55,056 bases of DNA, taken from contig JAWLHB010000053.1 in assembly GCA_041690595.1 (NCBI GenBank), forward strand, positions 1 through 55,056, in the 5' to 3' direction. The position numbers were made by a program, and so were the translations under genes. This document shows positions 39,115-47,439 of this stretch, piece after piece. This DNA comes from Lentisphaeria bacterium (GTDB taxonomy: Bacteria; Verrucomicrobiota; Lentisphaeria; JABSQK01; JAWLHB01). Positions within the stretch are counted from its first letter, which is position 1. Each line of letters opens with the position of its first letter. Below the pieces are notes generated by a model. The model was not told the DNA's origin, did no database searches, and saw nothing but the letters and a program-made list of their open reading frames with translations.

Positions 39115-42100
39115 ATGCACAGGAAGGTTCTGAAGAGTCCCTTGTTCGTCGACTGGAGCGAGCAGTATGTGCGTTTACCGATGTCGGGGGTAACCCCCGG
39201 AACCCCTCTGCTCCTGCAGGTGGATGGGGCGCCCGTCCGATGCCAGTGGGACGGCGATGCCATGCTGGTCAAACTGGCCTTCGCCAAAGACGAGATCAAG
39301 GAGTTCATCTGGACGGAGAACGGCTTCGGAAGCAACAGCCCTTTGCCCCGCTCCATCCCGCTGCACGACGGGATTGCCATCGGCCAGCCCGGTTGCGAGT
39401 TGCTGGTCGGCACGCACTCCCCCTTTCACGAATTTGCCGGCCGACCGATGCAGAGCGAAATCCGCTGCGATACCAGGCTCGAACGATCGTCGCTGACGCG
39501 CCTGCGAAGCGGGCCGCTCTTCACCGACTACGAGCTGGAGTACCATTTTGCGTCGCGGCGTCACTATGCGCTCACCTTTCGGTGCTACACGCTGGATCCA
39601 TGGATCGAAGTCAGCGAACGTTTCTCCCTGGGATTGAATGGCGAGTTGAGCTGGATCCTCAACCCAGAGAGGCAGTTCACGCACATCCTGAGTCGGGACA
39701 GCTTTGAGGGCGAGAGTCAGCCGACTGTCGAGCCGCTGGGGGTGGAGCGGCCGCGCGACATCCTCTGCCGCCTGCAGATGCCCGTTCTCAGCGAGTACTT
39801 CATTCCGAACAACCGTGGCTGGTTTGCCTTCTTCGATCAACGCAACGAGGCCGGCGGCATGGTCGGCATCCTCGGGTTGCATGGCGCGAAATGGCAGGAG
39901 CCCGTCGCCAACATGCCCGTCCTTTATGACCGCGAGGGGCAGGTCGAATGGCGCTCCTCCCTTGTCAGCGGCAGCCGTCACTGGCTGCTGGTCGCTTCAC
40001 CTGTCAATACCGAATGGCGTGCCGACGAGAGGCTGCTCTTTCATCGCCTTCACGCCGAATTCAACGCCCTGCGCCTCGACGAGCACCTCGACCTGACGGG
40101 GGAGACGAGCTTTGACGAGGCTTGCGCCAGCCGACCCGCCATCTTTGTCGGTGACGACTATCGCCGGCAGGCCCTCGCGCGGTGCGCCGCCTTGCCCGCC
40201 CTCAAAGCTTTCCAGCCCGACGACTGGCTGAAGGCCAATGGCACGCTGCACGTAGCCATCTATGCCGCGCTCCTCTCCCCAACCGCCGAGAACCACCAGG
40301 CAATCTACGATGCGCTGGTGTGGCGGTTCGAGAAATGGGTTCGGCAGTTTCAGGGCTGGCGTGAAGGAAAATCCGACTACATGAAGAATGTCATCGGCTT
40401 CTCCCGCTACCTGCGCGGCATGCTGATCGGCTACGAGCTGCTGCGCAAGGACAAGGCACTCACGGATGAACAGGTGCGTCGCCTGGGCGCCTGGTTTGCC
40501 TTTGCGGCACGGCGCATTCTCGATGAAGGGCGATGGCCGCACTCGCGTACCTGGAAACATCCCGATCATCCCGACTCCACCCGCGATTTCTATACCTATG
40601 GCGGCGAGCACAAGCCGGATCGGTTGATCTGGACGAATTCTCTGCCCAACTTCCAGTCCGACCCGCTCTGTGCGCTGGCCCATCTGAGCGGCATCTTCCA
40701 GGATCATCCGGATGCGATCCGTTGGCGCGAGTTCGCCCTGGCCGAAATCGAGCGGCAGCTCGATGCGTACGCCGGCAAGAGCGGCGCCTGGGAAGAGTCG
40801 ATCAACTATGCGCTCTATACCCTCTCCTACCTGGTGATCACCTTCCGGGTCGTCAAGCAGCGCTGGGGAATCGACTACTTTCAGGACGAGCGGATGCGGC
40901 GCTTTGTCGGCTGGCTATGCCGTTTCTTTGGGCCGTACGACCAACGCTTCGGCAGCCACACCTGGCCCGCCATCGGCAACGCCGTCCTTCCTCAGAATCA
41001 GGGCCATTATCTCCTGGCGTATGCCGCCGAGCTGCCGCCCGACGATCCGTTGCGCCATGACTGCATGGCCATCTATCAACTCACCGAAGATCATCAGCAA
41101 CTCTCCGAGCATTACCCCACCATCCTGGCCGCCATGGCGCCGATTCCGGATCGCCGCTACGCGCTCACGCCGCTGGCGAGCGAGCAGATGGACGAAGTCG
41201 GCGTCAGCATGCGCCACCATCACCTCGCCCCGGACGAGAGCTATCTCTTTCAGAAGATCGGCTTCGCCAAGGATCACTACGAGGCCGATGAGACCGCCTT
41301 CAACTGGTATGCCAAAGGCGTCCCCCTGTGCATGGACTACGGCACCTATACCGGGGATATCGCTGTGGCCGGCGCCCACAATCTCGTCGAAATCCCCGAC
41401 GAGGACAACCTGCGCCGCGGCTATCTGGCCGACCGCCTCTTCACCTCCGTCATCGACTACACACACTGCGAGGTGCCGGTCACGCTGAAGCTGCTCTGGG
41501 GACGCGTTCGCGGCTTCGAAGATGTGGAGAACAAGGACGGCAAAATCGACCGCACCAAGACCCCGTACTTCTACATCGGCGATCCCAATCCCGTCGGCCC
41601 GAAGTGCTGGAAGGTGCGCAAGCTGCTCTACGTCAAGCCAGACTACATGCTCCTCTTCGACCGTGTTCACGGTCACGTTCCCCATCGATTCAACCTGCAT
41701 GTGACTGGCGATCATCTGGTCCATGACGGCCGGACAATTACGGCGCGCGGCCGTTTCGGCCTGGATCTGCTCGCCTATGTCCAGCATCCCGCCGAGTTCC
41801 TGCTGGAAAAGGGCGAGATCATCCCCGCCGTTCGCGGCGCCAGTGGCGATAATGGGGCAGGCAGACTCCATGCCCAGCACTATTTCCGCCTCTACAACCA
41901 GACGGACGGCATCTACCGAACTCTGCTTTTTGCCCGCGAACCGGGACGGCAGGTACAGATTTCCAGTCCGTGCGAGCATGTGATCAAGGTCGAAACCGAG
42001 GCCTTTACCGACTACCTCGTCCTGCATGAGGATGAGGTCATCGTGGATTTGCCGGAGCTTTCCTTCCGCGGGCGTGCCGGCTGGATCCGCCGCGAGGCCA

Positions 42101-42261
42101 ACGGCGTCATCCGCGCCTGCGTTCCTTCCGGATGCGAACTCGCCGCCTTCGGGACACGCTTCGATGGGCGCGGACCATGGCACTACAACCTGGCGGATGG
42201 GAATGGACTCGTCGTGTGCGCCTCTCCCCCGCGTCAGGTCACGGTCGAGACCGGCGCGTGA
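39115..42261 (+). CDS. Large protein with putative polysaccharide-lyase (heparinase II/III-like alpha-toroid + beta-sandwich) architecture
   Basis: 1048 aa with strong RBS; helical middle with PNF and GAWEESINY, later DHYEAD, MDYG, AHNLVE, YVKPDYMLLFD. No evident signal peptide. Family call tentative. Confidence 0.5.
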   Translation: MHRKVLKSPLFVDWSEQYVRLPMSGVTPGTPLLLQVDGAPVRCQWDGDAMLVKLAFAKDEIKEFIWTENGFGSNSPLPRSIPLHDGIAIGQPGCELLVGTHSPFHEFAGRPMQSEIRCDTRLERSSLTRLRSGPLFTDYELEYHFASRRHYALTFRCYTLDPWIEVSERFSLGLNGELSWILNPERQFTHILSRDSFEGESQPTVEPLGVERPRDILCRLQMPVLSEYFIPNNRGWFAFFDQRNEAGGMVGILGLHGAKWQEPVANMPVLYDREGQVEWRSSLVSGSRHWLLVASPVNTEWRADERLLFHRLHAEFNALRLDEHLDLTGETSFDEACASRPAIFVGDDYRRQALARCAALPALKAFQPDDWLKANGTLHVAIYAALLSPTAENHQAIYDALVWRFEKWVRQFQGWREGKSDYMKNVIGFSRYLRGMLIGYELLRKDKALTDEQVRRLGAWFAFAARRILDEGRWPHSRTWKHPDHPDSTRDFYTYGGEHKPDRLIWTNSLPNFQSDPLCALAHLSGIFQDHPDAIRWREFALAEIERQLDAYAGKSGAWEESINYALYTLSYLVITFRVVKQRWGIDYFQDERMRRFVGWLCRFFGPYDQRFGSHTWPAIGNAVLPQNQGHYLLAYAAELPPDDPLRHDCMAIYQLTEDHQQLSEHYPTILAAMAPIPDRRYALTPLASEQMDEVGVSMRHHHLAPDESYLFQKIGFAKDHYEADETAFNWYAKGVPLCMDYGTYTGDIAVAGAHNLVEIPDEDNLRRGYLADRLFTSVIDYTHCEVPVTLKLLWGRVRGFEDVENKDGKIDRTKTPYFYIGDPNPVGPKCWKVRKLLYVKPDYMLLFDRVHGHVPHRFNLHVTGDHLVHDGRTITARGRFGLDLLAYVQHPAEFLLEKGEIIPAVRGASGDNGAGRLHAQHYFRLYNQTDGIYRTLLFAREPGRQVQISSPCEHVIKVETEAFTDYLVLHEDEVIVDLPELSFRGRAGWIRREANGVIRACVPSGCELAAFGTRFDGRGPWHYNLADGNGLVVCASPPRQVTVETGA

Positions 42262-42273
42262 CGGGATGATCCC

Positions 42274-42294
42274 CCTCGGCCTGTCGAGCCGAGG
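42274..42294. terminator. Hairpin between convergent genes
   Basis: CCTCGGC-N7-GCCGAGG in the 60-bp gap between two stop codons; no U-tract. Confidence 0.4.
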
Positions 42295-42321
42295 AGGAAG
42301 ATCCCTGTCGTGGTGCCGCCT

Positions 42322-44181
42322 TTACAGTCCGGGTTGGGGCGCCTCGCGGTGCGGCGCCGGCTCGTACTCATGGGCGCGGCTGGTCGGGTACAACTCTTCG
42401 TACTCGTGCCAGTGGTCGAGCATCACCTGCTGCTTGTGGCGAAGCTGGTCGGCCAGGTTGGGACCGTACATGAAGACGCTTTCGTCCTCCGCGGTATTCG
42501 TCTGCATCAGCACGAGACCATCGTTCGCCTCGAGCAGGTTCAGGAGGTCGGTGGTGTTGTCCAGATCCTCGCGGGCGAGTCGCCGCAACTCGATGGCTCG
42601 TTGATCGTACTGCACGTTGTCATCGAAGTCCCAGACATTGGCGCCGAAGCGCGATTCCTCGGTGGTGTTGAGCGCGTGCTGGTAGAGGAGGGTGACGCGG
42701 GCATTCTCGAGGACACAGGCGAAGGCGCCCACGCGGGCTGCGTGAAGGGCCAGCCAGTCGGGATCTCCTCCCGTCGCCTCGGCGGCGAGCCGGGTCAGCT
42801 CACGGTGCGTAGCCTGCAGGGTGGTCACTGCTTCCTGCAAGGCCCAGCGCGCCATCCAGACGGCGCAACTGCCAATGAAGACCGGCTTGCCGAGCACCGT
42901 GCAGAGGTCGGTCATATCCTTGTCCTCCGCCTTGCTGAAGATGAAGCGCTTGAAGGGAGCGGTCTCGGCATCCGTCAGCCGATCTGGGCGTGGCACGAGG
43001 GGGCGTACCAGCCAGCGCCCCATGGTCGACCCGGTCAGCGGCCCCACGCCGCCGCGCTGGCGAACCTGGTTCATCGCGTGCCAGGCGCGGTCGGTGCTCG
43101 CCCAGGCGCGGACGAGCTGCTCGGCATGGGCCTCTCCGGCAAGTTTCACCGCGGCCCGTCGCAGCGTCTCCGCCACATGGACCACCCCCGTGCCCGGCGA
43201 CTCCAGGTAACTCTCCAGCAGCGTCTGAGACAGCTTGTCCCCGATCACCAGATTCCGCCGCTCTCCTTCCTCCTCCGCGAAGACCTTCTGCAGACCTTCC
43301 ACGTACTGGGAGCCGTTGGACAAGCCGACGATGAGGCGCTGATCCCCACCCCCAGGCGAGGCGGATGCCTGCCAGAGCGAGCTTCCATTGCCGTTGATAT
43401 TCTTCAGGTAAAGGTGGTCGCCGAACTTGGCGCGCATCGCTTCGGTCTCGTGGGCGGGGAAGGTGAAGGTGCCGATGTTGATACGCAGCTTGGTACCCGC
43501 TTCGGCAGCACCGTCACGGATGGCGTTCATCCATCCGGCGACGCGCTCGCCAGGGCCGCGCCCGCGCGATCGGGTCGGTCCATTGATCCCGGGATACTGA
43601 TACGTCGACCATTGCAGCCCCGCGCCGCTGTCGTTGGTGAAGAAGGAGAGCACATCCACTTCCGGATAGCGGGTGCAGAACTCGCGGGCCGATTGCCGAT
43701 ACAACTCCAGCACCTCGGGCTCGTCGATATTGGGGGTGAAATAGGCCGCATTGGCGATTCGCCCCAGCTCGCACTGACCGCCGCGCCAGAGCGGATGCGC
43801 ACGGAAGACGGCTTCCGGCAGCCACAGCGGCTCGAGCGCATGGACGACCGCTCGCAGGCCATGGCGGCGCAGCATGGCGAAGCGGGAATCCAGCGATGCC
43901 ACATTGTCGGCGATGACATCCATAGGCAGGTAAGGCTGAAGGGCAGGTGGCGGGCAGACACGGAAGAGCCCAAGGCTGTGCTGGGACCAGTTGGGATACG
44001 GATCGCTGTTGTCCGGCATGAAGGCGTTATAGCGAAAGGGGAGGCCGCTCACATCGACGTGTGTCGCCCCCACCTTCACCGCAAGGCGAAGAAAATCCTC
44101 GTCGAGCTCGGCCTTTTCGGCCAGCTGATGCCGGACCACCAGCATCTGTTTCGGCTCCGTGCGCTCTGCCTGTTCGCTCAT
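42322..44181 (-). CDS. Hypothetical protein, possibly glycoside-hydrolase-like (TIM barrel + helical domain)
   Basis: 619 aa with AGGAG RBS and motif YPEVDVLSFFTNDSGAG; lies downstream of the GntR-prepilin pair. Function is inference only. Confidence 0.6.
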   Translation of the reverse strand: MSEQAERTEPKQMLVVRHQLAEKAELDEDFLRLAVKVGATHVDVSGLPFRYNAFMPDNSDPYPNWSQHSLGLFRVCPPPALQPYLPMDVIADNVASLDSRFAMLRRHGLRAVVHALEPLWLPEAVFRAHPLWRGGQCELGRIANAAYFTPNIDEPEVLELYRQSAREFCTRYPEVDVLSFFTNDSGAGLQWSTYQYPGINGPTRSRGRGPGERVAGWMNAIRDGAAEAGTKLRINIGTFTFPAHETEAMRAKFGDHLYLKNINGNGSSLWQASASPGGGDQRLIVGLSNGSQYVEGLQKVFAEEEGERRNLVIGDKLSQTLLESYLESPGTGVVHVAETLRRAAVKLAGEAHAEQLVRAWASTDRAWHAMNQVRQRGGVGPLTGSTMGRWLVRPLVPRPDRLTDAETAPFKRFIFSKAEDKDMTDLCTVLGKPVFIGSCAVWMARWALQEAVTTLQATHRELTRLAAEATGGDPDWLALHAARVGAFACVLENARVTLLYQHALNTTEESRFGANVWDFDDNVQYDQRAIELRRLAREDLDNTTDLLNLLEANDGLVLMQTNTAEDESVFMYGPNLADQLRHKQQVMLDHWHEYEELYPTSRAHEYEPAPHREAPQPGL

Positions 44182-44303
44182 TCCTGATACTCCTGCTTTG
44201 GGATGATGATTGTATGTACATGGTTAGTCGCGGCCGAAATCGTCCCGAACCACGCGGAGCATGGCACCCTTTCGGTTCGCGCGTCCGCGGCTGGACTCTC
44301 TCA

Positions 44304-45104
44304 TCATTGCGGCATCGGCGCGGTCCGTACATAGGGTAAGTACCAGACGACAAAGCTGCCGCTGGCCTGACCAGCGTAGTTCCCGCGGAAGCCCAGATCG
44401 GGCCGTTGATTCACCGCGCTGCCATCCAGGTAGACGACATTCAGGCGCCCGTCGTCGTGGTTGTTGAAGGTGCCGTATCGATCATCCGAATAGACAGACT
44501 CATCGAAGAAGAGCGGCCAGCGCGAAACGTCGCTGGCCAGGTCGGGCCGGATCGGACCAACACCGCCGCGCGTGGCATAGACGGCCGTCGATTCTTCGCG
44601 GACCTTGGTCGGGAGCGGGTATTGCTGGCCGGACCACGCATACCAGGTGGCCACGGCGTTGCCGACGACATACGAGCCGAAAACAACATAATTCGAGACT
44701 GGATTGCTAACTGGTTTCGCGGGGCATTGGAACGAACCGAGCCGCTTCTGCCAGCTTGGTTCGTTGGTGGCGTACTTGGGCGCTCCCGCATAATCGCGCA
44801 GCAGTACCAGGGCCTCCTGGTAAAGGGTCGAGATGGGATGAGCGTACATCTTGGGGCCGAAGGATTGACTGGGAACCGCACGCAGCGGAAGAACACCGTT
44901 GTTGTCGCCAAGGTACATGGCGGATCCCAGCCCGATCTGCTTCAGGTTGTTCTGGCAACTTGCCGATTTCGCCATCGCCCGAGCCCGCGACAGCGCCGGC
45001 AACAGCAGCGATGCCAGAATGGCGATAATCGCAATAACGACGAGAAGTTCAATCAACGTAAAACGATGTCCATCGAGTGTCAGCGATTTGAGGGACTTCT
45101 TCAT
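44304..45104 (-). CDS. Second prepilin-type N-terminal cleavage/methylation protein (DUF1559-like)
   Basis: Start reassigned to [35 protein letters not shown]...CQNNLKQIG...CPA...[14 protein letters not shown]. Confidence 0.9.
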   Translation of the reverse strand: MKKSLKSLTLDGHRFTLIELLVVIAIIAILASLLLPALSRARAMAKSASCQNNLKQIGLGSAMYLGDNNGVLPLRAVPSQSFGPKMYAHPISTLYQEALVLLRDYAGAPKYATNEPSWQKRLGSFQCPAKPVSNPVSNYVVFGSYVVGNAVATWYAWSGQQYPLPTKVREESTAVYATRGGVGPIRPDLASDVSRWPLFFDESVYSDDRYGTFNNHDDGRLNVVYLDGSAVNQRPDLGFRGNYAGQASGSFVVWYLPYVRTAPMPQ

Positions 45105-45154
45105 GTTCCAGTGTTTCCAGCTTAGGGTTAACGAATTCGTGCTGCAACTCTCGT

Positions 45155-46255
45155 TCAGATCAATCGCGTCGATTGCCGAGCCACGATCTCGGGCGCAACC
45201 TTGATATGGCGTCCCTCCCAGCGTTCCTCGACGGCACACGCCGCAAGGCGGCCAAGCTCTTCCTCGCGTATGCACACCGACGTCAGGGGCGGGTCGACCA
45301 GATTGGCCCACTGCGTATTGAAGTACCCGCAGACTCCAACCTCCTGGCCGATCGTCAAGCCAAGTTCGGTCGCCACCCGGTAGACCTTGGGCGCGCGGAC
45401 ATCGCCGAGGCAGAAGACCCCGCGAAAGCCCGACGCCAGTGCTTCCGCCAAATGTGGCGTTTCCTGGCGGCTCACCGTATCGAAGACGACGCGGACATCG
45501 CTCTGCGGATTCTTGCCGGCCTCGGTCAACGCACGCTCGATCCCATGCATCACCAGCCAATTGTAGTGGAGAGTTGAACCAAATTCGACCGGCGCCTCCG
45601 AAGGAACGCCGAAGGTCAGGTAGGTCAGCTTGTCGAAGCCTGCCTGCAGGAGCTCGCGTGCGCCGAGGTAGCCGCCCATCTCCCAGTCGCTGACGATGCT
45701 GTTGGCGCGTGCGAAGTGAATGTCGCTTTCGAAGACGCGGATGAAGGTGAGGGGAGGGAGTTCGTCCTCGTGTGCCTGAAGGTAAGCGAACGGCTGATAG
45801 ATGGCCCCTTCCATGATCAGGGAGCGGACGTCGTTCCGGAGCAGGGCGCTGAAGTGGGCCCGCCAATCGTCATGGAGCGTATCCGGCTGCCCTTCCATGT
45901 CGAAGAGCATGGCGGTGCAGTTGTGCTGCTTGAGATGCTGCACCATGGCGTCGAAGGTGATGCCGAACGAATCGCCCCGCGTGCGGAGCGCCACGCCGAT
46001 CAACTCGGTGCGCAGACTTCTCGGCTGCTCCGAGACGAAGGTCCCTTTGCCCTGGATCCGATGAACGAGCCCCTCCTTGCCCAACTCGTCCAGCGCCTTC
46101 CACACCGTCACCGGCGTCACCTCGAAGCGCTTCACGAATTCACGGCAGGGCGGCAGTTTCTCGCCAGGCAGCCAGCGCCCCTCCTTCAGACCCTTGCGCA
46201 CGGAGTCGCTGATCTGCACATATTTCGGCACGCGATTGGCTACACTCGCTCCCAT
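45155..46255 (-). CDS. GntR-family regulator with LacI-type sugar-binding domain (AraR-like architecture)
   Basis: PKYVQI...GEKLP...TVWKAL...QGKGTFV HTH; C-terminal [19 protein letters not shown] typical of periplasmic-binding-protein-like domains. Confidence 0.88.
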   Translation of the reverse strand: MGASVANRVPKYVQISDSVRKGLKEGRWLPGEKLPPCREFVKRFEVTPVTVWKALDELGKEGLVHRIQGKGTFVSEQPRSLRTELIGVALRTRGDSFGITFDAMVQHLKQHNCTAMLFDMEGQPDTLHDDWRAHFSALLRNDVRSLIMEGAIYQPFAYLQAHEDELPPLTFIRVFESDIHFARANSIVSDWEMGGYLGARELLQAGFDKLTYLTFGVPSEAPVEFGSTLHYNWLVMHGIERALTEAGKNPQSDVRVVFDTVSRQETPHLAEALASGFRGVFCLGDVRAPKVYRVATELGLTIGQEVGVCGYFNTQWANLVDPPLTSVCIREEELGRLAACAVEERWEGRHIKVAPEIVARQSTRLI

Positions 46256-46279
46256 GGTGCGACCTCGTGTTGCATGTGA

Positions 46280-46291
46280 ATAGTTAACTAT
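46280..46291. promoter_or_regulatory. Perfect palindrome ATAGTTAACTAT, candidate GntR operator
   Basis: 12-bp palindrome with GT..AC core ~25 bp upstream of the GntR start, with minus-strand TTGACG at 46322-46317. Confidence 0.55.
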
Positions 46292-46407
46292 ATAACATGA
46301 ACCCGCCCCCTTCCCCCGTCAAGCCCCCGATCCCGAAAACTGAAAAGAAGGCGTACCGGGAGAGGGTTTCGCAACCCTGCGTCCCCGAAAGTCCCACAGA
46401 TGATGCC

Positions 46408-46424
46408 CCACTCGTCTGAGTGGC
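46408..46424 (+). repeat. Degenerate REP-like hairpin
   Basis: CCACTC-GTCT-GAGTGGC. Confidence 0.65.
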
Positions 46425-46840
46425 CCCGCGGTGCCCCCGGCAACGCCGCGCTTACTTCTCCCCCAAGGCCAGCCACCTACTTGCCCGTCCAAGAGTCGCA
46501 TGGATGCTGCCGCAACCCTCCCCGATTCCGGAAAAAGCTCTTTCTGCACCCCACGTCAAACAGCCAAGCTTGCCGAGGTGGCCGCAATCATCCTGATTGC
46601 GCAAAGAAAAGTCTTGGCAAGCATCTTTGCTTGCCAAGTGAAGGGCTCTCCGAACGGCGACCAGGGCCGTTTCCAACGGCCCTGCCATTTGCCATTGCCA
46701 TCCCCCCGCGTGAGCACAATTACCACAGGCTCAAGCCTCGACAGGCCCGAGGCTCACACAGTGAGGAGTGAGGCTCAGCAGCATCTGGGTAGATTATCTG
46801 GATTGAGTGGAGTTGGCTGTTACGCATGATCGCCATTTCC

Positions 46841-46890
46841 GCCCCCTGGCCACGCCACTCGCCTGAGTGGCTCCGGCGTTGGACGTTGCC
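46841..46890 (+). repeat. REP-like copy
   Basis: GCCACTC-GCCT-GAGTGGC at 46854-46871 followed by CCGGCGTTGGACGTTGCC, as in the array at 1-400. Confidence 0.9.
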
Positions 46891-47439
46891 ACTCTCCGAC
46901 GCCTGGCACCCCTCCTATCCACTCGCCACCCCATCGGTCCCCTTGCCGCCGCTGCCCCCAAAAGGCGGCCGTTCCCGTGTCCCCCTGTCTCCGCGTCCCC
47001 CGCGTCTCTGCGCTCTTTGCGGTTATTTCCAAAGAAAATCCAAAAAATTCCTCAGCGTTAGGCACAGCTCATGAAAACTTTTTGATAAGCTTCTTCACGA
47101 ACCCTGGCCTTTAGCTGTAACTGCTTCTGAATCCGCCACTTACACCAAGATTCTTCACCGTTAGGATAGGGTACTTGTGTCAAGATTTAGAATATAGTTA
47201 AGGTCACGGATCCATGAAAAAGCAGAAAACGTGACTGGACGTTCTTCAAAGGTCGTCTATTGTCTGCGAAGAACAACCAACCAGGTGCCACGGAACCATC
47301 GATGTCCCTTCTCTCCCACATGCGCAAGCCCCGATACATCCCAGTCACGGCCAGCAGGAAGCGCATCGCCTTCACCACTTCCTGCTGCCCAGAACACGCC
47401 GCTCTCGTGCCGCCAACGCGCCAATCACCCCTGGAACCT

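Noticed and set aside
523..44187. Long antisense ORFs (e.g. 523-1941, 2855-5530, 7526-9580, 10197-13607, 17424-18836, 25311-26576, 37507-38979, 42310-44187)
   Set aside because: Shadow frames of GC-rich genes, motif-less and often Arg/His/Pro-rich, opposite better-supported ORFs.
45105..45866. N-terminal 254-aa extension of the second prepilin ORF
   Set aside because: It overlaps the GntR gene in another frame, and the prepilin motif requires a start near 45104.
46613..46638. Sigma54 promoter in TTGGCAAGCATCTTTGC
   Set aside because: GG-to-GC spacing is 11 rather than 10 on both strands; better explained as an inverted repeat.
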